This document shows, piece by piece, positions 11,850 to 25,400 of a stretch of 64,000 nt of DNA. Origin of the DNA: Octopus vulgaris (Eukaryota); the NCBI GenBank assembly GCA_951406725.2, contig OX597827.1, positions 73,842,001 through 73,906,000 on the forward strand, read 5' to 3'. The first letter of the stretch is position 1, and the number at the start of each line of letters is the position of its first letter. The translations under genes were made by a program, and so were the position numbers. The notes beneath the pieces are model-generated. The model was given only the letters and a program-made list of their open reading frames with translations, did no database searches and was not told where the DNA came from.

Positions 11850-14545
11850 ACCTTTACGAAGCCCAATTTTATTTAGTCCACTGCCTCCCTTTCCACATAT
11901 TTTAGTCGAAGTCCAAAAATATGACGCTATTCTTTACGAGCGAGACTGCCCGTATGGTAACCGCTATTTCAACCACCAGCCTGGAGCAAAGTGTTTGGTT
12001 AACAGAACTCCAAACACAGCACTCTTGCTACAACAGAAGCACAACTAAGACCCAAATGAAATCGTACCCCTAATATCTACTGCTGTCCCCAACACAAGAT
12101 ATTTCTACAGCAATATTGTACGCTAATTCCTCTTCCCGGGATCCGACGTACAATCAAAACAACACTCCTAGTCAACATCACAAGCTTCATAAAGCCATAT
12201 TCAGGTGCAGTACTACCAACACGAGGTTTTCCCACAAGTAAAGAAATAAGAAACCATCCATCTGAAACAAGAATAAAATCAACAGACCCAGCACAAACCT
12301 TTTCAACAACCCAGTAAACTGGAGAAAATCCTGTAGCAACAAAAACAAAACAAACAAACGACAAAACCGTCAATGTAACCACAGCTTTATCCACCAAATA
12401 TTCCTTAACCAGACAAATTATTCTTTCTTATCCATCCGAAACCTGGCAAAAGAGATTCAGATAAATGTCTTGACTGTCATACTGTCCCTTTGTCGTTACT
12501 CCCAGTCCATAAACTGGTCCCTCGCTGACATTAAAACATAAGTCTCTTTCGGGACCGTTGAAAAAATGTAATCTAGCCACTACTCTAATCTTACCATTTT
12601 TGCCGAATGCACAAATCATCAGGTCATCCTTTAATGCGAAGAGATAAAAGATTTAACACTGGGCTACCGACCAATGAGGAATATCTCTGTGACCCGTGCA
12701 GATCGCAACGGCAAAAGAAAGAGAGGATTTACCGTTTTGCTACGTGACGCATTCACTGCAGATACGGATGTTTCATGCACCATACGTATAACAAATCCCA
12801 ATGATTTTGTTATAATTAGGGTCTACAGGCCATTCCAAGAGCCTTTACTGTTCTTCAAAGAATGACTTAGCAATATTAAATCTTTTATTCAACAGTGTCA
12901 ATCTGGTAGCATTTTAATGGTAGACGACTTCAATTTCCCCTGCGTTGACTAGTCTATTAATAACTTGAAAGCAATTCAGTCTATTAATAACTTGAAAGCA
13001 ATTCAGTCTCTTTATAACTTGAAAGCAATTCAGTCCAAGACAAAACAACAGTGGAGTCACTTTATTCACTAATTTTTCCTTTTCCAACTCATGCGAGAGC
13101 CAACAAGCTTCAGCAAAAACCTATCGGACTTAAAGTTTAGTCACCACACTGACACTGTCTGTAATATTGCAGAGGAAAAAGACTCTTCTTTCTGACCATA
13201 ACAAGTCTGATTTCTCACCAGAACACTCTTTGACCGCATGGATCTTCACAATGGAATGCAATCACTCAGGATCGTTCACTCATTGACTCGCCTTTCGCTT
13301 ATTCACTCGTTTCAAACAGCATCAATGTATCCTGGAAGCTCTTTGAGGACACTGTCACAAATATATATTTATGATATTCTCCATTACAGTCCATGAGCCA
13401 AACTAAATATAAATAAGCAAAAAATATATAAAAACCCTAATAAAAAACTAAAAAGGATGAGTCAAAAATCGAGCGACTAAAGTATTGGCATCAGCGACAG
13501 GCGTACTTGACTGACAGAGTTTTTCTCGAATCAAGTAATGCAATCTTATCTAAATCGATTCAATCCCAAAGTGTTCTACTCCTTATTCGCTGAACCTTTG
13601 ACTGATGAGGACAACATTCTCTTTAGTGAGCGAAAATCCATGGGTGAGATTCTGCAGAAGCAATACTGCTCAGCTTTCAGCAATGCAAGTATGGTTAATC
13701 TGGACAGCATCTGTGAAGCAAACCTCCTGCACACTCTATCCATTATATCTCTTGCCGTCCTGGATATCAGAGCACTTAGAAGCAAAGTTAAAAACAACAC
13801 AGGTGTAAATCCCGATAGCTTTCCCACTAGAGTTCTGAGGGGAATGATGCTATGAATTCGTATTCTCTCTAGCTATTCTCTGAATAAAATCACTGGACGT
13901 TGGCTATTTTGCTGAAAATCGATTGTCCCAGTTTTCAAAAAGGTAAAGAAATAACTCCCAGCGAATTACCAGTCTTACTTCATTATAAAATTATTTGAGA
14001 GAGGGGTGAGGTCTCGAGTATATCACTTCCCTTAAGTTTGTCGACTCATTTCCATACAATATGTTTTTAGAACCAGCAGCAACTTCCTAAGACAGCTCTT
14101 GCATCATTTTAACCACACCCTAAAGGTCCTGAGGGTTCTATTCCCGTACCATTTATCTTGCCTTCAGCGAGGCTTTCGATAAAGTTGATCACATTATACT
14201 GTCAAAGTAACTATCCAACACAGAAATCAGAGGGACATTTTAGAAGTGTTTCCTGATGAATAGGCCCAGCATGTGGTGTTCAATGGTGTTCGATGAAGCT
14301 CAGCACTTGTCATTATTGGAATCCCTCAAGGCCCTGTTTTGGATCCATTTCTCTTTATTATTTACTTTTGTGGCACCACCGACCTTATCAAACTCACCAA
14401 TATAAACACTTACGCGTATGACTGAAAGATTTTGAAGGTCATCGACAGTGTAGGAGACCAAACAAACCTCCAGTTGGATGTGCTCGCTGTTATCCAATGG
14501 GTGAAAAAACCACAATATGCAACTAAGCGATGATAAATCTTATAA
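11850..14545 (+). mobile_element. Decayed CR1-like LINE, 5' part (APE endonuclease and RT)
   Basis: RADRNGKRKRG..VLL, VYRP, DFNFPCVD, VPVFKKG...PANYQ, AFDKVDH, PQGPVLDPFLFII motifs with many stops and frameshifts. Confidence 0.8.
12951..13035 (+). repeat. 27-bp tandem repeat x3 (agtctattaataacttgaaagcaattc)
   Basis: Direct inspection. Confidence 0.95.
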
Positions 14546-15159
14546 TAATTCTGCTTGTCATTAGGGTACTTAGCTCATCAGTAATGCTTTCACGGGATTA
14601 GAGAAAAGGAGGACGAAAAGGGGAGAGAGAGAAAAGGAAGGCGAGAGAAACCTCCATGATATGAGATTGGAGGAACATAATTGTAAAACTTTCACGTGAT
14701 TAGTTGAAGGGAATTAGAGAACAAGAGGAAGAAATCGGAGAGAGAAAAGGAGGATAAGGTGAGAGTGAGGCATGAAGAGGGAGAAAGAAAAAGAGGGAGA
14801 GAGAAAAGACAGAGGGAGAAGTGTCCATGACATGTGGTGAGGGGAACGTAATATTTATTACGTGGTTAAAAAAGAAAGTTGAAGGTAGTGATATAGAGGA
14901 GAGTTAGGAATATAATTTTAGCGGAGTGATGTTCTGGTAGTGAGATTAAGGAAAGGCAGAGAGAAGGGGAGAGAGAGAGTGTGTGAGTGAGTGAGTGAGT
15001 GAGTGAGTGAGTGAGCGAGTGAGTGAGAAAGAGACAGACAGAGAGGGATGATGGTGGTGGTGGTGGTGATGTTGTTGGGTGCATAGTGAAAAGTACTTTT
15101 TTTTATAATTGAACTAAGTTTTTATATCACCTATAACTTGACGCATGCGCATCCTAATC

Positions 15160-15410
15160 TTGCCATTCACCTTAGAAAGAAACCAGTTTCTGTTTGTCTC
15201 TCATATGCAATCGTTATCAATAAATCACAAGGGCAGACACTTTTGATAAAGTGGGGTTGTTCTTGCCTAAACTTGCATTCGGTCACGGTCAGGTATATGT
15301 TGCATTCGGAATGGCTCTCAGATTATCTGATGTTAAAGTTATCAACACTGACAAAGGAAAAGAAACGGGAAAACTTACACGAAGGACATATTCTGCAAAG
15401 AAGTATTGGA
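15160..15410 (+). mobile_element. Helitron Pif1 helicase fragment
   Basis: CLSYAIVINKSQGQTL / GLFLPKLAFGHGQVYVAF, frameshifted. Confidence 0.8.
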
Positions 15411-15736
15411 TTGAAAAGTGTGCGCAAATTGAAATGTGTATTGGCTCCGACCCATCGCCTTGCCGTATAATTTACCAACGATATGGTTTTCAGAGTGTGC
15501 CATACTGCATTAAATGTTTACCACTGTGAAAATGTGGGCCCAATATTTTATATATAACATAATTTTTTTTAATATAAAATGTTTGCTTTCTAGATATGAA
15601 ATTGTGACCATGTAAAATTTAAAATGTAAAACTTTCCCCGTTTTGGAGATAAATGCAAAAAAAAGAGTAAATATTTATTTTATGGGTGCTGTGTATTAAG
15701 TCTATAGAATTGTGCATAAAGTATATAAATGATATA

Positions 15737-15970
15737 AATTTCTTTATTGTCCACAAGCAGCTAAACATAGAGGGGACAAACAAGGACAGACAAAGGGATT
15801 AAGTCGATTACATCGACCCCAGTGCGAAACTGGTACTGTATTTATCGACCCTGAAAGGATGAAAGGCAAAGTCGACCTCGGCGAATTTTGAACTCAGAAC
15901 GTAACAGCAGACGAAATACGGCTACGCATTTCGCCCGGCGTGCTAACGTTTCTGCCAGCTCGCCGCCTTC
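15737..15970 (-). mobile_element. SINE family A, full length, 18-bp TSD
   Basis: TSD aagtatataaatgatata at 15719-15736 and 15971-15988. Confidence 0.93.
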
Positions 15971-16019
15971 AAGTATATAAATGATATATATAAAGTGCAT
16001 TAAGTAATCATCGTAGTCT

Positions 16020-16910
16020 AATTTCCTTCACTTTTCAATGAAGAGCAGATGAGCAACTATCATTTGATACAGACAAAACACAGTCTACGCTTTCAGGCTT
16101 TTGTATAAAGTTTTCGGGAATAACCAAATAAGTTTACAATTAATTCCATGAAATATTCATGGACCCCAAAAATTTGAATTAATTCACTTCGGAAAAGAAG
16201 CTGCTATATACTGTTCTCTTACATGAAACCTTTAGTGGTATCAATCACTGTAAGGGCCTCGGAATAACAGTCGATAATAACTTAGAATAGAGTGAGCACA
16301 TAAACAACAAAACTGACATGATCCGTATGTTGTGCTCCTGGATCCTAAGAATTTTCAGGTTCAGAGATGCTCCTACCATTATCATTCTCTTCCCTACCAA
16401 ACCCCGTCCTCATCTAGAATACCGTTGTGCGCTTTGGTCTCTCGACATGAAAGTAAATATCATAAAAATTGAAGCACCCCAGAGATCAATCAAAGAAAAA
16501 GCAAGACATGTCAGGGCTTGAATACTGGGATCAGCTCCAGAAACACACACTTTACACCCTCCAACTTCACCATGAGCGCTATATCTTTCGTATAATGTGG
16601 AAAATATTCCAATAATGTTCAAACAGTGTTGTTATCAACTGTAAAGTTCACCCTAGACTTGGACCCAATGTCATTCGTCCTCTACAAAAATCGTCCTCGC
16701 GTCCAATTACAACACTAAGCAGAAGCATTTCACCTCAACTGGCCCTGCTTTCTTTAACATCATGCCAAGACACATAAAAGAAGAAAAGGATCTCATGGTA
16801 TTCAGACATTCCCCGGATGAATATCCCGAACAAATTCCAGATAAATCAAGTACACCCGGATAAAACTCATCAAACAATAACTCTTTACTCGCATGGGCTA
16901 TGGTGCCCAA
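16020..16910 (+). mobile_element. CR1-like LINE 3' part, probably continuing 11850-14545
   Basis: LGITVDNNL, WILRIFRFRD, RPHLEYRCALWS...KIEAPQR RT C-terminal motifs. Confidence 0.75.
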
Positions 16911-17046
16911 AACATGATTGTAACATGAAGCATGATTAAATGTTTTATTAGTGCTGCTACTAAGTTAGTCATGGTCTGGGTACATTCTGTCCGAAAGTCA
17001 TCTAAGTATCTAAGTACCCTCATACCCTGAACAAATATGTACTTAC

Positions 17047-17193
17047 CATATGTTTGCATGTCACACTTCTCTCCATACCATCCATCTTCGCAGCCACCAC
17101 GTTTACACTTTCCAGTAATTTGGTGACATGATTCCGCTCCAGAACAATGACATTCATTGATACAGTCTTTACCATACAATTGTGGTGGACATC
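17047..17193 (-). CDS. Coding exon 6: MEGF/SCARF-type EGF-like repeat (G)CPPQLYGKDCINECHCSGAESCHQITGKCKRGGCEDGWYGEKCDMQTY
   Basis: tttag acceptor, GTAAGT donor, 147 nt, phase 1-1; typical 8-Cys EGF/laminin spacing. Confidence 0.93.
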
Positions 17194-17890
17194 CTAAATC
17201 GATAACATCGAAACAGTTTCTTTGTAAATGAGCATTAAACTAAAACAGTTATTGAAAAAACATTCAATCTTACAAGATCTCACATATAATCAACAAGAGA
17301 TTCTATATTTCAAGAGTATCTCTTGATATAGAATCTCTTGATGTAGCTAACAAGAGATACTATATATCACATTTACAATCTTAAAATTGCAGAAATTCGC
17401 GCACATATAAGTAATAAAAAATTATGCGATTCCTGTACATGTAGAAGCTACATAAGCTACAGTTGAGACACTAGCGTATCCAGAGTGTGTGCCTCCCAGG
17501 GCGGCCCTTCCGTTTGCCACCCCGTACCTCTCAAAAGCACATATTGCCTATAGTAGACTCAAAAGTGATGCCACTTTAAAAGTACCGCTATTGGTGGACC
17601 ACCCCTACCGCCCCCCAAACGTAGCTACGCTAATGAATTAAGAGCACTTTAAAGCATTATAGCCGAGAAGAGAGACTTGGCTGGCTGGGCTGGCATCCCA
17701 ACATCCCCCTGAACAGAACACCAGTTTGCCGAAGGTTTATCCATTTACAGCTGAGTGAACTGGGATAACGTCAAAGAAGAATTTTACACTAGAACTCAAC
17801 GCATCACTGGTCCGAGAATTGAAACACCGATTTTACAATCATGGATGCAACACCCTAACCACCAGAACTTTCATCTCTCTCTCTCTAAGA

Positions 17891-17924
<34 letters not shown>

Positions 17925-18029
17925 CGAGAGACATTTTCAAATGCAAATTATGTATTTAGTTGAAATTTATATTTTTATAGGGAAAATTGTTGCAACCTGT
18001 AACACAATTTCTACTGAAAGTTATTATCG

Positions 18030-18340
18030 GGGTAAAAAGTTTGCTCCACAATCAGATTTGTCTGGGTTCAAGTTCTGTTGCGTAGCACCTTGGATAAATG
18101 TCTTCTGCTATAACCTCGAGCCGACCAAAGTGTTCTGGTGTATTTAGCAAACGGAAACTGAAAGGAGCTTTTCGTATGTAACATGTGTGTGTGTGGGGGT
18201 GTGTGTTGGTCTCCCACAATATCTTGATGACCAGAGTTGGTTTACATTTGCTTAATAAGTAATGAGGTCGATTCATTCGACCAAATAAAACTTTTCAATA
18301 CCGTGCCCCAGTATGGCCGCAGTTCAATGACTAAAGCAGA
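18030..18340 (+). mobile_element. SINE family B, diverged
   Basis: Similar to 26799-27128 (gtcttctgctata..., ggaaactgaaa, atggccgcagt). Confidence 0.7.
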
Positions 18341-19344
18341 AATATCTGTCATCTTTCGAACTTATTTCGTATAACAATTAATACATTCTTTTATTATTTG
18401 TTTATTTATATTTATGTATATAAAATCTTTATCTTAAATTGAAAATTATTTCAAACCGCACAAAAGATACAATTATTTTATTTTTTCATAAATTAAATCA
18501 ATAACATGCCTTCTCTTTTAGAGGTCTGCCTTGAGTCAGTCTGAGAATTATTCTTATGCCTCTGAGCGTGTATGATAGTTTGTGTGTATGTAGATGTGTG
18601 GTTACTTACAATGCACTCATACTCACGAATACAAAATCACAAATACAGGCAGACATATGTGTATATATACACAACCGCACAGATACACACACACACATTT
18701 CGTTTATTCTCCCCTCCCCCTCTCTTATAAGCTACTCCTCATCTACATGCATTCATACAAGCATACCTAAACACAGGCGTAGGAATAATTCTCAGACAGA
18801 CTCAAGGGAGAAATTTAAAACAAAGGAAATGTCATTGATGAGGTCAAGAATAGCAACGAAATCACCTTGACACACAAGCAAACGATTGCTTAACGAACAC
18901 ATAAAACAAACGATCGGTTAGTTAGTTTGTTAGATATTGAACCGTTTGACTAACAATGAAAATGTCATTTTGAATCAGTACGTATGTTTACTGGGGCAAT
19001 GACCCTCCCAACACAACAAGATTTGTTTCCACACACGAATTCGAATCAAGAGTGTTGCAATCCGCATACAAAAATAAAGTATTTTACAAATTACTTTTTA
19101 AAAAGTTAATTCAATGTCAAGAGGCTTAGATGAAAATAAGTATCGTTTCAGTAATAAGGTGCCTTTTGAAAATACGTTTTCTTAAAGTTTTTTCAATAAA
19201 CAAATTGTTTTGATGATAAGATGTGTGATAAATTGTCGTTTGATAATAGGTTTTGGTATCACTGATTATGCATGATATGAAATACCACAAATACATTTGA
19301 ATAAACAATTGGAAATCGCTTTTATTGGTGAGAAATCAACATAC

Positions 19345-19488
19345 CAAATAACTTAATATGATAAACTCCAGCTTTCCCATCAATATACAAATAAGAATTC
19401 TCTACGTCACCGGTACAAATTGTTCTATTTGCGTTTGGTTTTAATTTGCATTCCATATTATATGGATAGGTAACTTTCATTGTTGAAT
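19345..19488 (-). CDS. Coding exon 5: (D)STMKVTYPYNMECKLKPNANRTICTGDVENSYLYIDGKAGVYHIKLF
   Basis: ttctctctag acceptor, GTATGT donor, 144 nt, phase 1-1; two Cys and a C-terminal 'IKLFG|C' resembling the end of FTP domains. Confidence 0.8.
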
Positions 19489-20080
19489 CTAGAGAGAACA
19501 GAATATACAATATACGTAAAAACAGAAAATTTATATCAGCAAATGTTAAGTTTAAGTAAATATAAATAAAACAAGTGTGTGTATATGAGTGTGCGCGTGC
19601 CTCTGCGTGTGTGTGTGTATTTATTAAAGTAAATAGTTTTGCTAGAAATAAGAGTCAAATCAACTCAATAGCCACACATACGCATATATTTATATATATG
19701 CGTGGATACGTATGTATCCATATCAGTGTATATGTCACGAGATCTACTTCACAGCCCTTAACTGCTCCTTTAAAAACTGCAAATCACCATCTTCATCATC
19801 AACATCATCATCAACTGGAAATTGAGTATATATGGTATATTTAGCACCCTGTCAGCCAGATCCATGACTATATTTCGATACTAATTTGCAGTGATTTCAT
19901 TTTTCTGACATTATCAATGCACTTGAGTAAGTATGACTCTTGCAGTGTCCTTTCTGCTAAATATTTTGGGCTTTTTATGTCTGCATAGAGAAAACTATTA
20001 AATACCACCGACTATTTTTCTTAGACCTGCTCTGAAATCAGCCGACATTCGTGAAATTGATAAATATATTGAAGAGAAGA

Positions 20081-20122
<42 letters not shown>

Positions 20123-20591
20123 AAATGGTAAGGAAAGGTCTACCTTTGCACTGAAATACTTGCATTATTAACATTATTTTAGGTGGCGAGCTAGCATTCA
20201 TTCCGGCGCTTTCCTCTTAAATTCTGCCGAGCCCGACTTCGCTTCTAATTCTTCTGGGGTCGAAAAATAAGAACCACCCTGCACTAATTCAAGTTTGGAT
20301 TTTACACAAACTTGTAAGAATCTACGTATATATCACGTTGCCAATAATTTCAGAGATTCTGCTCACTTGGAATAATCGTTATAAATTTTCTAATAAGCAT
20401 TAAAAAACGTGCTCAGTCAACGTGAACCAATATTTTGATACTTTCATAAAATAATATTATATTGTCATTCAATTGATAATGTCTGAATACTGTGTATTTA
20501 AAACGAATTAATTTCGATTTATTGTCATGAAAAATATAACCACAACAATCATTATCAACAATAAAATAGAATATGAAATATTATTTCTCAC

Positions 20592-20741
20592 CCGCAAAAT
20601 TACTGTAAATTTCTACAGTACTAAATCTGTATGTGTTTCGGAAGTTTATAACTATTTGGGGTTTCTTTGCCTGTTTGTTATCAGAGGAAAATAAATAGGA
20701 ATACGTGCTCGACTCGTTCTTTATGAATTCATGATATTTTC
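20592..20741 (-). CDS. Coding exon 4: first half of a degenerate FTP-like domain (R)KYHEFIKNESSTYSYLFSSDNKQAKKPQIVINFRNTYRFSTVEIYSNFA
   Basis: tacag acceptor, GTGAGA donor, 150 nt, phase 1-1, open frame, aligns to exon 7; absent from the ORF track. Confidence 0.8.
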
Positions 20742-21123
20742 CTGTATATAAAGAAATAAGTTTAGATTATAAAACTGAAAAATCGGAAAATGAATGCGAA
20801 TAGCAACAAACGGGAACAAGTGTTCAGATAAGTAATGGTATATTTTACAAACAAAAGAGATTTTTTACATTTGAATTACAAGAAATATTAACGCTAAGAA
20901 ACTACAAGTTTTATTCTGATTATAGAAAGAGATTACAAATATTGTAAAAATGTTCTTTTATTTTCCGAAGATGCAGCTGTATTAGTCCTGGTGTATATAC
21001 TCGAAGGAACAGACTCAATTCAGTTTATATTTACATTGTGAAAGAAAATACAAAAAACCCTTCCATCACTACGTTATAGAGAAACATGTGGTGAGATTGT
21101 GAGATCTAATACACTGAAGAAGG

Positions 21124-21372
21124 AAGGCGCTGAGCTGGGAGAAACGTTATCACGTCGAACAAAATGCCTTACAGCATTTCGTCTCCTAAAACGGTGAGGT
21201 AGTGGAACCGTTAGAACGTCGCGCACGAAGTGCTTGACGGTATTTCATCCGTTTCTGAGTTCAATTTCCATTTTACTTTTCATCCATTTGGGGTCGTTAA
21301 GCTATCAGTTGATTATTTAGATCAATATTATCAACTTCCCACGAAATAGTTGCCCCTGTGCTAGAATTTGAA
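21124..21372 (+). mobile_element. SINE family A, diverged (further fragments at about 20180-20275 plus and 22255-22425 minus)
   Basis: ggcgctgagctgggagaaacgtta head; ttctgagttcaa; ggggtcg. Confidence 0.7.
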
Positions 21373-21400
21373 ACCTATATATTTACATAAAAATTAAATG

Positions 21401-21434
<34 letters not shown>

Positions 21435-21989
21435 TGTATGTATGTATGTATGTTTGTATGTATGTATGTGTGTATGTATGTATGTTTGTATGTATGTATG
21501 TATATATGTATGTATCTGTGTGTGTATATATGTATGTATGTATATATGTATGTATGTATATATAAATATATATTAATATATACATACATATATATACATA
21601 CCTACATATACATGCATATATGGGTACAGGACATCAAAAAATCGTTCAACACAATGAGAAACTTTAACATAAAAACAAAAACATAGAAAACGAATATTTT
21701 TTCGAACAACGAGAAAAACAAACAGAGAAACGAGACATGACTACGCCTAATTGATTGGTCAGCTGCAATATTTTGAGCTCTTTTATTTTATTTTAGACTT
21801 ACTCTTCTTGTCCTGTACTTTTCCAGGTTTAGTAAGTACTTAAGAATATTGTCAATCTTGCTCACATTTTTTAATTTAACATATGGCAAGAAAATAATTT
21901 CATTTTACGCAAATAGTTACAATATATTTGAATGACTTTTGTGAATGTTATAATTTTTTCCTTTTGACATTTGATAGACGTTACTCTTA

Positions 21990-22250
21990 GTTACTTTAGA
22001 TGCAAATTGCGCGTAATTTTGTTTACAGCTGTTAGTTCAGTGCGAAAACGGACATTTGCGCCATATTTTGCTTTTTTTAAAGGCAAGAGAGCTACTGAGA
22101 AAGAAATGTACGAAGTTTATGGTGTTGAAGGCACGTCAGAATTTTTTTTTTCACCCAAAGATGACCAACGTTCTGGTCGACCTGCTGTGACGATAAAGTC
22201 CGAATAAAAACCATAATTGAATCTGCTTGTCATATAAATGTGCGAAAGAT
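21990..22250 (+). mobile_element. Mariner transposase N-terminal remnant
   Basis: ATEKEMYEVYG..., DDQRSGRP helix-turn-helix motifs. Confidence 0.55.
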
Positions 22251-22574
22251 TTCAGAGATTACATCGACCCCAGAACTCAACTGGTACTAAGTTCATCGTT
22301 CCCGAATCGGACGGTAAAATGTAAAGTAAACATCAGGGAAATGTGAATTCAGAAGGTGAAGTCGAAAGAAATATTGCTAAGCAATTTTGTCCGGTGCCCT
22401 GTCGATTCTACTTGGTTGCCGCCTTACAACAACAACAACAACAGTTGCAACAATAATAACGCTTTCAAATTTCGATAAAAAGGCCAGTAATTTCAGGAAG
22501 TTGTTAAGTCGATTACATCGAGAATAATGATGGTGATGATGATAATCTCTTTATCACTCACAAATAGTTGACAA

Positions 22575-23230
22575 AATCAACTAATTTGCTGAAAGGCAGC
22601 ATTTTCTGCTCCCATCTTCCATGTTTGAGGGACAATGAAAAACTTGATATCGTCTTGGCCAAAAGCGAATCTCGTCCACCACATATTCTCTTCCACTAGA
22701 ATTAGCAGGTAGATTAAAACATCCCGTCTTTCCCGGTCCAAGGTAAGGCATAATGATGATATTCACAGTGAATTCAGATGATTACATGATCCACTTATTG
22801 TGACAGTAAGCCATGATTCCCACATAACTCTACGTATGAGCAATTCTCGGGACGAGAAGTTTCCGCGCTCTGCGCGCATCTCGAACAGAATAGCTGACAT
22901 CGGGTTTGTAGAGTTTATCTCAAATCGGCAAATCATCCCCAGTCTTTCGGGACCACCACCAAGTCATGGATTACTTGAAACTATACATTGTTCCCAGCCC
23001 GAAATTTCTTCGACCAGCAAATTATTTCTCCATCACAAATCTTTCCTGGAGCAGCAACGTGCAACTTCCATCTAACGTATTGCTCGACATGTAGAGGGTG
23101 TTGAGCACCTGATGATATTCCAGATGCCCATTGTCTTCCCTCGATTTTCGCTTGACGTAGAACTGCAGTTTTGCCAATAAACAAACTGTAGAACATAGTG
23201 ACCACACCTGTTCAAAATCAAAAAAATTGT
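22575..23230 (-). mobile_element. RTE-like LINE RT C-terminal remnant
   Basis: KTAVLRQ...; HCPSNMEDGSRK resembles GHV.RM.D.R.PK; heavily decayed. Confidence 0.5.
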
Positions 23231-23299
23231 TGATCACGTAGCCTCAGTGTTGGCCACCGTATCATTCTACATGACATGCCCTCTCCCCTATATACTATG

Positions 23300-25400
23300 T
23301 GCAAATAGCAAATGGATCATTTGTCAACTGGAAAACATTCCCTCCACAAAAAGCGGAAGAACAGTTATTTCACTCTTGTGAAACGTGAACTGATGCATGA
23401 CAAAATGTTCAGGCACGCTGCCCGACCTTTTAGAGATGGTTTCCTCTAAATTATTTTATTCAAGGGGTAATTGGCCTCCCTGCTCGCTACGTTGCCCATC
23501 TTTTTCTACCTAGAAATATGGACCAAACAAGACTCTTGGCAATTTAAATCGTCCACCCGTGAAATAAACCAGGTCGCTGCTGAATGTCATGGATGTTCCT
23601 CTTCAGGTTCATGACTTGCACCCAAGCATTTTTTCCTGGTTTATTCCTGCTCTTGTCACAGCACCAAAGACACTGACAAAGGTGCTGATCACTTCGATGT
23701 GCCTGATGGCTGGCTCTACATCTGTAACGTAGTCCACATTTTACCTGCGCTGATCTTCTCCATCCTAGTTTCCGTGTAATTTAGTAGTGTCGCAAAATTC
23801 CATAGTAATACAAATAAAGCAAGAAAAAACAACCTTGACAGACTGTGGGCACGATATTGAATGGTTACAATAGGTGTCCATTCATCCTACAAAATGTCGC
23901 TGTATGGTTTGGGGAACCGACCACAGAAGACAGAGCCGAAACCAGTTGCTTTGAGGACAGCTGTCAAGTGTTGGTGATAGTTCCTATCGAAAATGTTGAT
24001 TAATTTAAGTTCATCAGGGCAGCACCAGTGCAAGATACCTTAGGCACTTTATACATGATGTATCACATGAGGTGGTGCTTACTGTGGAGAAATCTGTTAA
24101 GAATAACGCATGTCTCCACATGACCAATCAGACTACCGACGACAAGCGCCAACCTCTTCGCTAACACCTCAGCCAAAATCTTGGGTTTATTTTAGTTTCA
24201 TGTGTGGTCTGCAAAAGTAACCAACAACAATTCTGTTCATACTGCAAGCTAGATCCATAACCTCCTAGTCCATATCTATTTTGAAACACATTTAAACATG
24301 ATAAACTATAATTTAAACAAAACTAGGGGACTGCTGCATAAGGGATGACTTCTGACTACATCGCAACAAATTTTCCAGAAGTTACCATAGTTCTACTTTA
24401 TCAATGCTGATTTGTGGCTAAGCAATAACTTTTAGAAAACTTTTATTCAGATTAGAAGTTCTCACCTACCATCCAGATATTGGAAGAAGAAATATGTGGG
24501 ATCCACTGAAAAGAACATGAAATTTTCATTCTTGTTCATTGAAGATTTTAGAGATAACCAAAGTTGCAGCTCGATCAATTTTATTAAAAGAAAGTATTGG
24601 AATATCTCGAACATCTCGAATATGTAGCGGTCTTCGAAAGACATAAATTTAAAGGTTCTCACAATCAGTTTGTTTGGGTATAAATGCTTGGTAAGGAATA
24701 CTAAAAGTTGTCCGTCCACAGTCTCGGACATGAATGTCTTCTGAAAACTCTTGTTAATGTGACTTCATTGATGCTCAGGGTAAACCCGGGACTTTGTTGC
24801 TCATGTGTCTTCGTAAGAATGTCAACCAGGAAGAATATGTTCTACACTGTGCAGTGTTTTCGGTTGATGAAAATTAATCATGTCACCACAGAAGTCATTT
24901 ATATTTTATATCGACTTTTTCTATTAAACATAGCAAGCGTGTAGTGGTGGATACTAGTCCTGGATATAAACGTGTTTGTGCAATTCTTTAACCTCAAGGA
25001 TAACAAATTTCTAAGTCTTTATAGACATTCAGACTGTTTTCTGAAATTTTCTTCAAACTGACTTCATGTTACATTGTTCCATTTCAGATGTAATTAAATG
25101 TGACGGTATTCACTTGATATCAAGCATATCAAATTCAATGAAGTCTAGCAAAAGTACCAGTTTTAACACTCAAAGATCTGTGCAGTTTCTCATTATCAAT
25201 ATCATAAATTTCACACAGAAATATAGCCTTCAATCGCATGAAGTTTGTTAATTGACTGGAAGCTCCTCATAGATTCTCAGATGAGAGGTCGGTCATTCCG
25301 CAGTAGATTTGTAAGGGGACTACCAGATATTTTTTCAGTTTGCTTAATATTAAAAAAGACTATTTCTGTGAAACTGTGAGTACACTTAAACTGCTGAAAT
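23300..25400 (-). mobile_element. Ancient coding remnant, possibly an Academ-type (XPG-like nuclease) DNA transposon
   Basis: Fragments CCDKSRNKPGKNAW (cf. GCDTTS..GK..AW) and VPLVLF...MFKC (cf. VP.SLF...M.K); many stops. Confidence 0.3.

Noticed and set aside
12077-12397. Hydrophobic 106-aa ORF resembling a membrane protein
   Set aside because: Antisense to the A/C-rich 5' region of a LINE; composition artefact with no splice or domain support
12951-13035. CRISPR-like repeat array
   Set aside because: Contiguous repeats without spacers, eukaryotic context, no cas genes
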